Position numbers and translations under genes: made by a program. Source: an uncultured Clostridia bacterium (GTDB lineage: Bacteria > Bacillota > Clostridia > Oscillospirales > Ruminococcaceae). Taken from it: a stretch of 48,000 bases of DNA. The notes below the pieces were generated by a model that was given only the letters and a program-made list of their open reading frames with translations, made no database searches and had not been told where the DNA came from. Shown piece after piece: positions 1 to 8,064 of the stretch. The first letter of the stretch is position 1, and the number at the start of each line of letters is the position of its first letter. The DNA lies in NCBI GenBank assembly GCA_944386255.1, contig CALXAK010000113.1, positions 1 to 48,000 on the forward strand. The letters are read 5' to 3'.

Positions 1-123
1 TTAAACGATTACTTTAATCGTAATCGCTAACTAAAGTAAAAAATTCCTACCTTGGAAGCTGTCATAGCAGGGATTTATCTTTGGTCGAATGTATAAAAAT
101 GATGAAAAAGCCCGTAAAACAGG

Positions 124-175
124 CAAAAATCAAGAACCGTGACCTTGATACCATTGTATCAAAATCACGGTTCTT
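124..175 (-). terminator. Intrinsic terminator just downstream of tRNA-Ser (nested hairpin plus U-tract on minus strand)
   Basis: Inverted repeats AAGAACCGTGA (132-142) and TCACGGTTCTT (165-175) enclose a second pair, TTGATAC (145-151) and GTATCAA (156-162), with a 4-nt loop. On the minus strand the hairpin is followed by GATTTTT (plus-strand AAAAAT, 125-130). It starts 4 nt after the tRNA 3' end. Confidence 0.6.
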
Positions 176-178
176 ATT

Positions 179-270
179 TGGCGGAGAAGGAGGGATTCGA
201 ACCCTCGAGACCCGTTAAGGCCTACACGATTTCCAATCGTGCGCCCTCGACCAAGCTAGGCGACTTCTCC
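179..270 (-). tRNA. tRNA-Ser, anticodon GGA, class II (long variable arm), CCA encoded
   Basis: The reverse complement reads GGAGAAG-TC-GCC..GGC-G-CACGA-TTGGAAA-TCGTG-(18-nt variable arm TAGGCCTTAACGGGTCTC)-GAGGG-TTCGAAT-CCCTC-CTTCTCC-G-CCA. This gives a 7-bp acceptor stem, a canonical T-loop and an anticodon loop TT-GGA-AA. Confidence 0.9.
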
Positions 271-418
271 ACATGCGCCAGCCCTTGAGCCTTAAATATA
301 ATATCGGATTGTGCGGCAAAAGTCAATATAATGGCTTGTTGATTTTTAATGTTTATAATATAATAATCCTTAACGTCTTTAAACTGGGCCAGGGGCCCAT
401 AAAAATAAGAGGGAACTT

Positions 419-1810
419 ATGAAGAGGACCGAGATAAAAGAGCTATTTGCAAGGCAGGACCTAAAGGACGGCGAGTCCATAAGGGTGGCCGGCTGGGTGA
501 GGACCTCGAGGGAGTCCAAGAACCTTGGGTTCATTGAGCTCAACGACGGCAGCTGCTTTAAAAACCTGCAGGTGGTGGTGACGGCCGACAAGTTTGAAAA
601 CTTCAAGCAGCTTGCAAACCTCCTTGTGGGCACTTCGGTCTGGGCCTGCGGCCGGCTGGTGCTGACCCCCGGCGCCAAGCAGCCCTTTGAACTAAGCGCC
701 GAGCAGGTGACGGTGGAGGGGGAGAGCAGCCCTGACTACCCCCTGCAGAAGAAGCGCCACAGCCTTGAGTACCTTCGCACCATACCCCACCTTCGCGCCC
801 GCACCAACACCTACGGCGCCGCCTTCCGGGTGCGGAGCGAGTGCGCCTTTGCGCTGCACAGCTTCTTCCACGAGAACGGCTTTGTGTATGTGCACACCCC
901 CATAATCACCGGCAGCGACTGCGAGGGCGCCGGGGCCATGTTCCGGGTTACCACCCTCGACCTCGAGAACGTCCCCAAGACCCCCGACGGCCGGGTGGAC
1001 TACAGCCGGGAGGTCTTCGACCAGGAGGCCAACCTCGCCGTCTCCGGCCAGCTGGAGGCAGAGGGCATGGCCACCGCCTTCGGCAAGGTCTACACATTTG
1101 GCCCCACCTTCCGGGCGGAGCTCTCCAACTCCCAGCGGCACGCGGCCGAATTCTGGATGCTGGAGCCGGAGATGGCCTTTGCCGACCTGCAGGAGAACAT
1201 GGACACCGCCGAGGCCATGATAAAATATGTGGTCCGGCACCTGCTCAAAACCTGCCCGGACGAGCTGCAGTTCTTCAACAACTTCTACGACAAAACCCTC
1301 ATCCAGCGCCTTAACAGCCTTGTGGAGTCCGACTTCGGCCGGGTCACCTACACCGAGGCGGTGGAGAAGCTCATGGAGAACAACGACCGCTTCGAGTACA
1401 AGGTGTTCTGGGGCTGCGACCTGCAGACCGAGCACGAGAGGTACCTCACCGAGCAGATCTACAAGCGCCCGGTGTTCGTGGTGGACTACCCCAAGGAGAT
1501 AAAGTCCTTCTACATGCGCCTCAACGAGGACGGCAGGACCGTCACCGCCATGGACATGCTGGTGCCGGGTGTGGGGGAGCTCATCGGCGGCAGCCAGCGC
1601 GAGGAGAGGTACGAGAACCTCCTCGCCCGCATAGAGGAGCTGGGCCTCAAGCGGGAGGACTACGAGTGGTACCTGGACCTTCGCCGCTACGGCACCGTAA
1701 AGCATAGCGGCTTCGGCCTCGGCTTCGAGAGGCTGGTCATGTACGTCACCGGCATCTCCAACATCCGGGACGTGGAGCTCTACCCCAGAACCACCGGCGG
1801 ATTTTATTGA
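419..1810 (+). CDS. asnS: Asparagine--tRNA ligase (class IIb aaRS)
   Basis: 463-aa ORF with an N-terminal OB-fold signature ([25 protein letters not shown]), a class II core ([24 protein letters not shown]) and a C-terminal [12 protein letters not shown]. Length is typical of AsnRS. RBS AAGAGGGAA lies upstream of ATG 419. Confidence 0.93.
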   Translation: MKRTEIKELFARQDLKDGESIRVAGWVRTSRESKNLGFIELNDGSCFKNLQVVVTADKFENFKQLANLLVGTSVWACGRLVLTPGAKQPFELSAEQVTVEGESSPDYPLQKKRHSLEYLRTIPHLRARTNTYGAAFRVRSECAFALHSFFHENGFVYVHTPIITGSDCEGAGAMFRVTTLDLENVPKTPDGRVDYSREVFDQEANLAVSGQLEAEGMATAFGKVYTFGPTFRAELSNSQRHAAEFWMLEPEMAFADLQENMDTAEAMIKYVVRHLLKTCPDELQFFNNFYDKTLIQRLNSLVESDFGRVTYTEAVEKLMENNDRFEYKVFWGCDLQTEHERYLTEQIYKRPVFVVDYPKEIKSFYMRLNEDGRTVTAMDMLVPGVGELIGGSQREERYENLLARIEELGLKREDYEWYLDLRRYGTVKHSGFGLGFERLVMYVTGISNIRDVELYPRTTGGFY

Positions 1811-1825
1811 TAATGATTCAAAAGA

Positions 1826-1858
1826 GGGCAAAAAGCTGCGAAATGCGGCTTTTTGCCC
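1826..1858 (+). terminator. Terminator-like hairpin after asnS
   Basis: GGGCAAAAAGC (1826-1836) pairs with GCTTTTTGCCC (1848-1858) and is followed by the T-rich TTCCTCTT. It starts 16 nt after the asnS stop. Confidence 0.55.
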
Positions 1859-1864
1859 TTCCTC

Positions 1865-1893
1865 TTGCATTCTTCTCCCTCAAAGAATATAAT
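1865..1893 (+). promoter_or_regulatory. Sigma-A-type promoter for the aminotransferase gene
   Basis: TTGCAT (1865-1870), a 17-nt spacer, then TATAAT (1888-1893). Confidence 0.5.
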
Positions 1894-1957
1894 GTGTTAG
1901 TCATTTCACCATCTTTTGCAAGATGCAAATCAGGATTTTTGCTTTTTGGGAGGAGCT

Positions 1958-3241
1958 ATGCAACCACTGGGTTCCGTCGAGAGGGCCGAGCTACAAAGCC
2001 GTGCCCAGCAGCTACGCGAAGAGTACGAAAAGTTTAAGGACAAGCACCTTTCCCTGGACATGTCCCGGGGCAAGCCCTGCCCCAAGCAGCTGGACCTTTC
2101 CAATGACCTGCTCACGGCGGTGGGGCCCGGCCAGTACCTGGACGACAAGGGGGAGGACTGCCGCAACTACGGCCTGCTCAGCGGCATTGAGGATATGAAG
2201 CGGGTGTTCTCCGAGATGCTGGACATCCCCGCAAAGAATATAATCGTGGGCGGCAACTCCAGCCTCACCCTCATGTTCGACACCTTCGCAAGGGCCTACA
2301 TGAAGGGACTCGCCAGCTCCAGCAAGCCCTGGTCCCAGTGCGGCAAAATAAAGATACTGGCCCCGGTGCCGGGCTACGACCGTCACTTCTCGGTCACTGA
2401 GTACTTTGGGGCGGAGCTCATTAACATCCCCATGGACCAGAACGGCCCGGACATGGACCTTGTGGAGAAGCTGGCCCGGGAGGACGAGAGCGTAAAGGGC
2501 ATCCTCTGCGTGCCGGTCTACTCAAACCCCGACGGCATAGTCTACTCCGATGAGACGGTCCGCCGCCTTGCCGCCATGGACTGCGCCGCCGACGACTTCA
2601 CCATCATCTGGGACAACGCCTACTGCGTCCACCACCTCTACCCGGACTACCGGCCAAAGCTCCCCAGCATCCTCGAGGAGTGCAAAAAGTACGGCCATGA
2701 GACAAGGCCCCTCGTCTTTGCCTCCACCAGCAAGATCACCATGGCCGGCAGCGGCGTCGCCTGCATCGCCGCCAACGACGCCTCCATCGGAAACATCCTC
2801 GACACCCTCAAAATATCCACCATTAGCTACGACAAGATGAACCAGCTGCGCCATGCGAGGTTCCTCAGGGGCCGCGAGGGCATTGAAAAGCTCATGGCCG
2901 CCCACGCCGAGATAATAAGGCCCAAGTTCGAGATGGCCCTCGGTATCTTCCGCCGGGAGCTGGGGGGACTGCCCGGGGTGCACTGGACCGAGCCCAAGGG
3001 GGGCTACTTCATCAGCATGTACGCCCTGCCCGGCACCGCAAAGCGGGTGCACCAGCTCTGCCGGGAGGCGGGGGTTACCCTCACCGCCGCGGGAGCCTCC
3101 TTCCCCTATGGGGTGGACCCGCAGGACTCTAACCTACGCATCGCCCCCACCTACCCGCCGCTGGAAGAGCTGTGCCTCGCCTGCGAGCTGCTCTGTATCT
3201 GCATAAAGCTTGCAGCCGCCGAGAAGGCGCTGGAAGCCTGA
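1958..3241 (+). CDS. PLP-dependent aminotransferase, class I/II fold (AspC-like)
   Basis: The ORF track gives 1916..3241. The preferred start is ATG 1958 (MQPLGS...), which has GGAGGAG upstream. Motifs: LDMSRGKPC, GGNSSL, PGYDRHF, YSNPDG, WDNAY and FASTSKITMAGSG (likely Schiff-base lysine context). Confidence 0.75.
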   Translation: MQPLGSVERAELQSRAQQLREEYEKFKDKHLSLDMSRGKPCPKQLDLSNDLLTAVGPGQYLDDKGEDCRNYGLLSGIEDMKRVFSEMLDIPAKNIIVGGNSSLTLMFDTFARAYMKGLASSSKPWSQCGKIKILAPVPGYDRHFSVTEYFGAELINIPMDQNGPDMDLVEKLAREDESVKGILCVPVYSNPDGIVYSDETVRRLAAMDCAADDFTIIWDNAYCVHHLYPDYRPKLPSILEECKKYGHETRPLVFASTSKITMAGSGVACIAANDASIGNILDTLKISTISYDKMNQLRHARFLRGREGIEKLMAAHAEIIRPKFEMALGIFRRELGGLPGVHWTEPKGGYFISMYALPGTAKRVHQLCREAGVTLTAAGASFPYGVDPQDSNLRIAPTYPPLEELCLACELLCICIKLAAAEKALEA

Positions 3242-3254
3242 TAGACCAGTGAAA

Positions 3255-3290
3255 CCAGGGAGTGAAGCTCGCCCTTCGCTCCTTGGTTTT
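3255..3290 (+). terminator. Intrinsic terminator after the aminotransferase gene
   Basis: CCAGGGAGTGAAG (3255-3267) pairs with CTTCGCTCCTTGG (3274-3286), giving 13 bp including 2 G-U pairs. It is followed by TTTTATT. Confidence 0.6.
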
Positions 3291-3291
3291 A

Positions 3292-3320
3292 TTGACTGTT
3301 GAAGCAAAAAATAATATAAT
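3292..3320 (+). promoter_or_regulatory. Near-consensus sigma-A promoter for the SecD-like/SecF-like/nrdR unit
   Basis: TTGACT (3292-3297), a 17-nt spacer, then TATAAT (3315-3320). Confidence 0.55.
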
Positions 3321-3365
3321 AATTGTCAGCTTTTAAGCTAATTTCCAGCTTTCCGGAGGCCTTTT

Positions 3366-4778
3366 GTGAAAAGAGTGGGCAAACCTGTTGCAATAGTCGT
3401 GGCGGTTATATGCGTCGCGGCGTTTGCACTTTCTTTTTTTGGCATTGCGTCGCGCTACGGCGATGTGATCTCAAAGACAATCTACAACCCGGCGGACATC
3501 GAGAGGGGCCTCGGCTTCTCCTATGACGCCGTGTCGGTGTTGCGCGCCGACGAGGACATTAGCGCCGAGCAGCTGCAGGACATCCGCGCCATGCTTGAGG
3601 ACCGGCTGTCGCTGGTCACCCTGGCGGACTACGACATAGCTGTGGACAACCAGCACAAGGCCATTGTGCTGCGCACCGCTTTCAGCGAAAATTCCTCCTA
3701 CGCACCCTACCAGGTGGCTTCCTTCCTTGCGGAGAAGGGCGAATTCACCGTGCGGGTGGGCGCCGAGCAGGATGAGGACGGCCGCATGAGTGGCATCACC
3801 GCCGAGGATAGCAGTGTGCTGCTCACCAACGATGATGTCAAGAGCGTCCAGTCCGCCTATACCTACTACAACGGCGTCTACTACTACATCCTTACCCTGG
3901 AACTCGAAAAGGACGCTGCCACCAACTACGCAAACGCCATCCAGAAGCTGATAGACGAGGGCGTGCAGTCGCAGATCTCCTGCTGGATCGACGACTCCAC
4001 CATGTTCTACTCCGAGGCTCTCACCGAAATAACCAACACCACCCACCTCCAGCTCACCTCTTCCAGCTGGAGCGCCACCCAGGCCACCACCTATTCCCTC
4101 TACATCCAGAGCGACCCGCTGCCGGTGGGCTTCACCTATGCCGGCGGGTATGTGGCCCAGGAGCCGGGCTTCGGTTCCGGGGTTATGACCGCTGTCGCCG
4201 TCGGCGCCGCGCTGCTGCTGGTGGCTGCCGGGGTCTACCTGGTGCTGCGCTTCAGGGTGTTTGGAGCCTGCGCCTACATCTGCATGCTGGGTGCTCTCGG
4301 CGCTCTCATGATGGTCTACACCGGCGTCTTCACCATAAGCAACGCCGTTGGCTTTACCTCCTACAGCCTGGCGGTGCTGGTGGCCCTGGTGGCGCTCAGC
4401 GTGGAGCGCGCTAACCGCATGGGCTGCGAGCTGCAGAACGAGCTGCAGTCCCCGTCGGTCTCGGGGGGCAGAGCTCTGGTCAAGGTCTGCTCCGGCAGGA
4501 TAAAGAGCTCTCTAAAGGTGCTGCTGCCCATCTTCTTCGGTGGTATGTTCATCTACTTCTGCTTCAGCAGCAACGGCAACTTCCTTGCAGATGCCGCCTC
4601 GCTGATCTCCGGCGGCTTTGCCGAAAAGGCGGTTTCCGGCTTTGGCCTTGCTGCGGCAATGGCGGCGCTTTTCTCGCTGCTGTTCTCGGTGCTGGGGCTC
4701 GAGCTCATGGCCCGTTCGGTGGGTTCCTACAGGACCTTCGGGGACAAAAAGTGGTTTGGAGGCAAGGAAAATGGCTAA
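3366..4778 (+). CDS. secD: Divergent SecD-like protein-export membrane protein (RND-type half)
   Basis: GTG start with GGAGG upstream. The 470-aa protein has an N-terminal TM (VAIVVAVICVAAFALSFFGIA), an extracytoplasmic domain of about 240 aa, and 5 C-terminal TMs. The segment RGLGFSYDAVSVLRAD...LEDRLSLVTLADYDIAVDNQHKAIVL resembles the SecD LGLDLKGG...RIN..GV.E..I region. LSVERANRM sits where SecD has AVDANVLIFERI. The similarity is weak and judged by eye. Confidence 0.5.
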   Translation: MKRVGKPVAIVVAVICVAAFALSFFGIASRYGDVISKTIYNPADIERGLGFSYDAVSVLRADEDISAEQLQDIRAMLEDRLSLVTLADYDIAVDNQHKAIVLRTAFSENSSYAPYQVASFLAEKGEFTVRVGAEQDEDGRMSGITAEDSSVLLTNDDVKSVQSAYTYYNGVYYYILTLELEKDAATNYANAIQKLIDEGVQSQISCWIDDSTMFYSEALTEITNTTHLQLTSSSWSATQATTYSLYIQSDPLPVGFTYAGGYVAQEPGFGSGVMTAVAVGAALLLVAAGVYLVLRFRVFGACAYICMLGALGALMMVYTGVFTISNAVGFTSYSLAVLVALVALSVERANRMGCELQNELQSPSVSGGRALVKVCSGRIKSSLKVLLPIFFGGMFIYFCFSSNGNFLADAASLISGGFAEKAVSGFGLAAAMAALFSLLFSVLGLELMARSVGSYRTFGDKKWFGGKENG

Positions 4779-5574
4779 GCTCGGCAAGAACACCTACGCT
4801 ATAATATCCGCCGCGGTCATCATAATCGGCGTAATCGTTATGCTGGCTGCTGGCTTTGGCTACTCCACCTCCGGGAGCGGTGTGAGCGCCGTGGTGGTGA
4901 GCTTTGACTACGGCACCGAAACCGACTCCCTCGACTTCGCTGCCCTCGGTGAGGACCTGGAGGAGCTGGTGGGCGCCGCCCCGCTGTCGATAGAGCACGC
5001 GGTGGACTCCTACACCACCTTCCCGGCCATAGCTGTCAACTTCCCGCTGGGCACCGAGCTGGACGGCGAGAGCATACTGGCCATGCTGCAGGAGAGGTAC
5101 AGCTCCTACAGCGCCGCCAGCGCCGCCGTCTACGCCGCTGAGCCCACCTTTACGAGGAGCACCATCACCCACTTCTTCGGCATGTCATTTATCGCCATAG
5201 CGGTGATGTGCGTGATTGTGGCCCTTGTTAGGAATATAAAAACTGCGGTCAGGACCCTTATAATGCTGGTACACAACATCCTCCTGCTGCTCTCGCTCTG
5301 CGCCATATTCCGCCTGCCGGGCGAGACCTACCTGCTGGCCTGCTCCATACTCACGGTGTTTGTAACCGTTTATGTCTCGGTGCGCAGCGGGGAGGGGGAT
5401 TGCTCCGCCTACCGCAGCCCGGCATCCATCGCCATAGTCGCCGCGAGCTTTGCCCTCTTCGCGCTGGCTGGGCTGCTGTTCGGGGCCACCGGCCTCTTCG
5501 CCCTTGGGGTGGCCATGGCGCTCGCCATCGCGATACCCGTCTACTCCGAGACTGCGTTTGCCAAAAATTCCTGA
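4771..5574 (+). CDS. secF: Divergent SecF-like membrane protein (partner of the SecD-like ORF)
   Basis: ATG 4771 (MAKLGKNTYAIIS...) overlaps the upstream stop (ATGGCTAA), with GGAGG 8 nt upstream. The 267-aa protein has 1 TM, an external domain of about 110 aa, and 5 TMs, which is the SecF topology. Canonical SecF motifs are not recognisable by eye. Confidence 0.42.
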   Translation: MAKLGKNTYAIISAAVIIIGVIVMLAAGFGYSTSGSGVSAVVVSFDYGTETDSLDFAALGEDLEELVGAAPLSIEHAVDSYTTFPAIAVNFPLGTELDGESILAMLQERYSSYSAASAAVYAAEPTFTRSTITHFFGMSFIAIAVMCVIVALVRNIKTAVRTLIMLVHNILLLLSLCAIFRLPGETYLLACSILTVFVTVYVSVRSGEGDCSAYRSPASIAIVAASFALFALAGLLFGATGLFALGVAMALAIAIPVYSETAFAKNS

Positions 5575-5597
5575 ACTAGGCCGCAAAGGAGACCTTT

Positions 5598-6053
5598 ATG
5601 AAGTGCCCGTTCTGCTCAAGCGTTGACACAAAGGTTATAGACTCCCGGCCCACCGACGATTTCAGCCGCATTCGCCGCCGCCGGGAGTGCATCCAGTGCG
5701 GCAAAAGGTTCACCACCTACGAGACGGTGGAGACCTTTCCGGTGGTGGTGATAAAAAAGGACGGTTCCCGGGACATCTTCAACCGGGACAAGCTGCTAAA
5801 CGGCCTGCTGCGTGCCTGCGAAAAGCGGGCGGTGGACTTTAAGACCCTGGACGCCGCGGTGGACCGCATAGAGCAGACCATCCAGAACTCCATGGTGCGG
5901 GAGGTCCGCTCCGACCAGATAGGAGAGCTCGCCATGGCGGAGCTGCGGGATATCGACGAGGTGGCCTACATAAGGTTTGCCTCGGTCTACCGCCGCTTCA
6001 AGGACATAGACGGCTTTTTGGAGGAGCTGGAAAAGCTCAAAAAGAGCCGCTAG
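5598..6053 (+). CDS. nrdR: Transcriptional repressor NrdR (zinc ribbon plus ATP-cone)
   Basis: [21 protein letters not shown]...[17 protein letters not shown], followed by an ATP-cone ([20 protein letters not shown]). 151 aa, with RBS AAAGGAG. Confidence 0.93.
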   Translation: MKCPFCSSVDTKVIDSRPTDDFSRIRRRRECIQCGKRFTTYETVETFPVVVIKKDGSRDIFNRDKLLNGLLRACEKRAVDFKTLDAAVDRIEQTIQNSMVREVRSDQIGELAMAELRDIDEVAYIRFASVYRRFKDIDGFLEELEKLKKSR

Positions 6054-6077
6054 CTGCATTTTGTAAAATTGTGTTTT

Positions 6078-6106
6078 GGCCCGGAGTGCAAAGCTCCGGG
6101 CCTTTT
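6078..6106 (+). terminator. Intrinsic terminator after nrdR
   Basis: GGCCCGGAG (6078-6086) pairs with CTCCGGGCC (6094-6102), followed by TTTT and a second T-run (CTGCTTTTTTT). Confidence 0.7.
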
Positions 6107-6135
6107 CATGCTGCTTTTTTTGGATTCCCCGAGGC

Positions 6136-6190
6136 TTTACCTGGATTTTACAAAGCCCTGATTTCAGACTTTACATTGGAGCCTTATTAT
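6136..6190 (+). promoter_or_regulatory. Pho-box-like direct repeats plus a -10 element upstream of pstS
   Basis: TTTACC (6136-6141), TTTACA (6147-6152) and TTTACA (6170-6175) lie on an approximately 11-bp register, with a degenerate ATTTCA (6161-6166) between them. They are followed by TATTAT (6185-6190). They match the Bacillus-type PhoP box TT(A/T/C)ACA repeat architecture. Confidence 0.5.
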
Positions 6191-6252
6191 CATAGCTGTA
6201 ACAGACAGAAGGTCTGGGAACCAAACATCCGAATTAAAAGGAGAAGATCAAA

Positions 6253-7113
6253 ATGAAGAAAACAGCAGCATTCCTCTGTGCGCTGCTCATGGCGGTTTCG
6301 CTTCTGGGCGGCTGCTCCGGCAATGGCGAAGAGCAGACCCCTCCCGCGGACGAGGGCGGTGAGCAGCAGGTTGAGCAGCTCTCCGGCACCGTCTCCACCG
6401 ACGGCTCCACCTCCATGAAGACGGTCATAGGTGCCCTCGGCGAAGCGTTTGAGAACGCCAACGATGGGGTGAGCCTCAGCTACAACCCCACCGGCTCCGG
6501 CTCCGGCATCACCGCCGTGGCGGAGGGCCGCTGCGACATCGGCCTCTCCAGCCGCAGCCTCAAGCAGGAGGAGATAGACCAGGGCCTCACCGAGACGGTG
6601 CTCGCCTATGACGGCATCGCCATCATCGTGAACCCGGAGAACACCGTCACCGATCTCAGCCTTGAGACCATCGCCAAGATCTACACCGGCGAAATCACCA
6701 ACTGGTCCGAGGTCGGCGGCCCCGACTCCGAGATAGTCCTCATCGGCCGCGAGGCCGGCAGCGGCACCAGGGATGGCTTTGAGTCCATCACCGGCACCGA
6801 GGACGCCTGCCTCTACCGCCAGGAGCTCACCTCCACCGGCGACGTGATCGCCGCGGTGGCCAGCAACCCCAACGCCATCGGCTACGCATCCCTTGCCTCG
6901 GTGGACGAGACTGTGGTGGTGCTCTCGGTGGAGGGTGTGGTCCCCTCCGAGGAGACGGTGAAGGACGGTAGCTACGCCGTGCAGCGCCCCTTCGTGCTGG
7001 TGACCAGGACCGGCGAGCAGCTCTCGGCGGTGGCGGAAGCCTTCTTCAACTACGCCACCTCCGGTGAAGCCAACGACATCATCTCCGCAGCCGGTGTCGT
7101 CCCTGCCAACTGA
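6253..7113 (+). CDS. pstS: Phosphate ABC transporter substrate-binding lipoprotein PstS
   Basis: Signal peptide with a lipobox (LLGGCSG). Motifs: GSTSM, NPTGSGSGI and REAGSGTRDGF, typical of PstS/PBP-like_2. Followed by pstCAB. Confidence 0.9.
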   Translation: MKKTAAFLCALLMAVSLLGGCSGNGEEQTPPADEGGEQQVEQLSGTVSTDGSTSMKTVIGALGEAFENANDGVSLSYNPTGSGSGITAVAEGRCDIGLSSRSLKQEEIDQGLTETVLAYDGIAIIVNPENTVTDLSLETIAKIYTGEITNWSEVGGPDSEIVLIGREAGSGTRDGFESITGTEDACLYRQELTSTGDVIAAVASNPNAIGYASLASVDETVVVLSVEGVVPSEETVKDGSYAVQRPFVLVTRTGEQLSAVAEAFFNYATSGEANDIISAAGVVPAN

Positions 7114-7125
7114 CGAATACTAGCA

Positions 7126-7154
7126 GCGGCGGGCCTGCGGCGCAGGCCCGCCGC
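7126..7154 (+). other. GC-rich intra-operon hairpin between pstS and pstC (no U-tract)
   Basis: GCGGCGGGCCTGC (7126-7138) pairs with GCAGGCCCGCCGC (7142-7154), a perfect 13-bp stem. It is followed by AACACTATTT, not a T-run. Confidence 0.6.
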
Positions 7155-7178
7155 AACACTATTTGAAAGGCTGGCAGA

Positions 7179-8057
7179 ATGAAGCAGAAAAGCAAGCAGA
7201 TTTTTGAAAAGGTGATTCACGGGTTCTTCCTGATACTGGGTCTTATAACGGTGGGCCTTGTGCTGCTGATAACCGTTTACCTTGTGGTCTCGGGCATACC
7301 CGGAATAGTGAATATAGGCTTTTTCGACTTTATCTTCGGCAAACAGTGGGCCTCCACCGCTGCCGAGCCGAGTTTCGGCATACTGCCCTTTATCCTCACC
7401 AGCATCTACGGCACCGCCGGAGCCCTTGTGGTGGGGGTGCCGGTGGGATTCTTCACGGCGGTCTACCTTGCAAAGTTCGCCAAAAGCAGGACCAAGGAGC
7501 TGGTGGGCGCCGCCGTAAGTCTCCTGGCGGGTATACCGTCGGTGGTCTACGGCCTTGTGGGCATGATGGTTCTGGTCCCCGGTATACGGAAGGTCTTCGG
7601 CCTCCCGGACGGCGCCAGCCTGCTGGCGGCCATGATAGTGCTGGCGGTGATGATACTGCCCTCCATAATAAAGGTTTCCCTCACCGCTCTTGAGGCGGTG
7701 CCCAGGGAATATGAGGACGCCTCCCTCGCCCTCGGCGCCACCCCGGTGGAGACCTGCTTCAGGGTCTCGGTCCCGGCGGCCAAGAGCGGCATCGCCGCGG
7801 CGGTGGTGCTGGGTGTGGGCAGGGCGATAGGGGAGGCCATGGCGGTGATAATGGTCTCGGGCAACGCGCCCAACATGCCCTCGCTCTTCCAGAGCGTTCG
7901 GTTTCTCACCACCGCCGTCTCCAGCGAAATGTCCTATGCCACCACCGGCAGCCTCCAGAGCCAGGCGCTCTTCTCAATAGCGCTGGTGCTGTTCTTCTTC
8001 ATACTGCTGATAAACGCCGCCCTCAACTACTTTTTAAAGCGAAGCCGGGAGGGATAA
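7179..8057 (+). CDS. pstC: Phosphate ABC transporter permease PstC
   Basis: 292-aa polytopic protein with an EAA-like loop (EDASLALGATPVETCFRVSVPAAKSGI). Positioned between pstS and pstA. Confidence 0.9.
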   Translation: MKQKSKQIFEKVIHGFFLILGLITVGLVLLITVYLVVSGIPGIVNIGFFDFIFGKQWASTAAEPSFGILPFILTSIYGTAGALVVGVPVGFFTAVYLAKFAKSRTKELVGAAVSLLAGIPSVVYGLVGMMVLVPGIRKVFGLPDGASLLAAMIVLAVMILPSIIKVSLTALEAVPREYEDASLALGATPVETCFRVSVPAAKSGIAAAVVLGVGRAIGEAMAVIMVSGNAPNMPSLFQSVRFLTTAVSSEMSYATTGSLQSQALFSIALVLFFFILLINAALNYFLKRSREG

Positions 8058-8064
8058 AAGCACC

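Noticed and set aside
271-418. Possible T-box leader upstream of asnS.
   Set aside because: Only 148 nt separate the tRNA and the asnS start, and they are AT-rich with several TATAAT-like hexamers (divergent promoters). I found no specifier stem, no T-box consensus (AGGGTGGNACCGCG-like) and no terminator/antiterminator pair.
692-1870. Long antisense or off-frame ORFs. On the minus strand: 692..1870, 10974..12017, 22425..23537, 23999..24970, 24910..25710, 32207..33028, 34457..35380 and 44302..45390. On the plus strand: 12841..13857. There are also many shorter ones.
   Set aside because: Each lies opposite, or out of frame with, a gene that carries clear family motifs. Their translations are low-complexity Gly/Ala/Pro/Arg/His-rich, as expected from stop-codon depletion in GC-rich DNA. 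None has an RBS or start context.
6071-6256. A 61-aa ORF in the nrdR-pstS spacer.
   Set aside because: It runs straight through the nrdR terminator hairpin and the Pho-box/promoter region. It has no RBS, and its start sits in the terminator stem.
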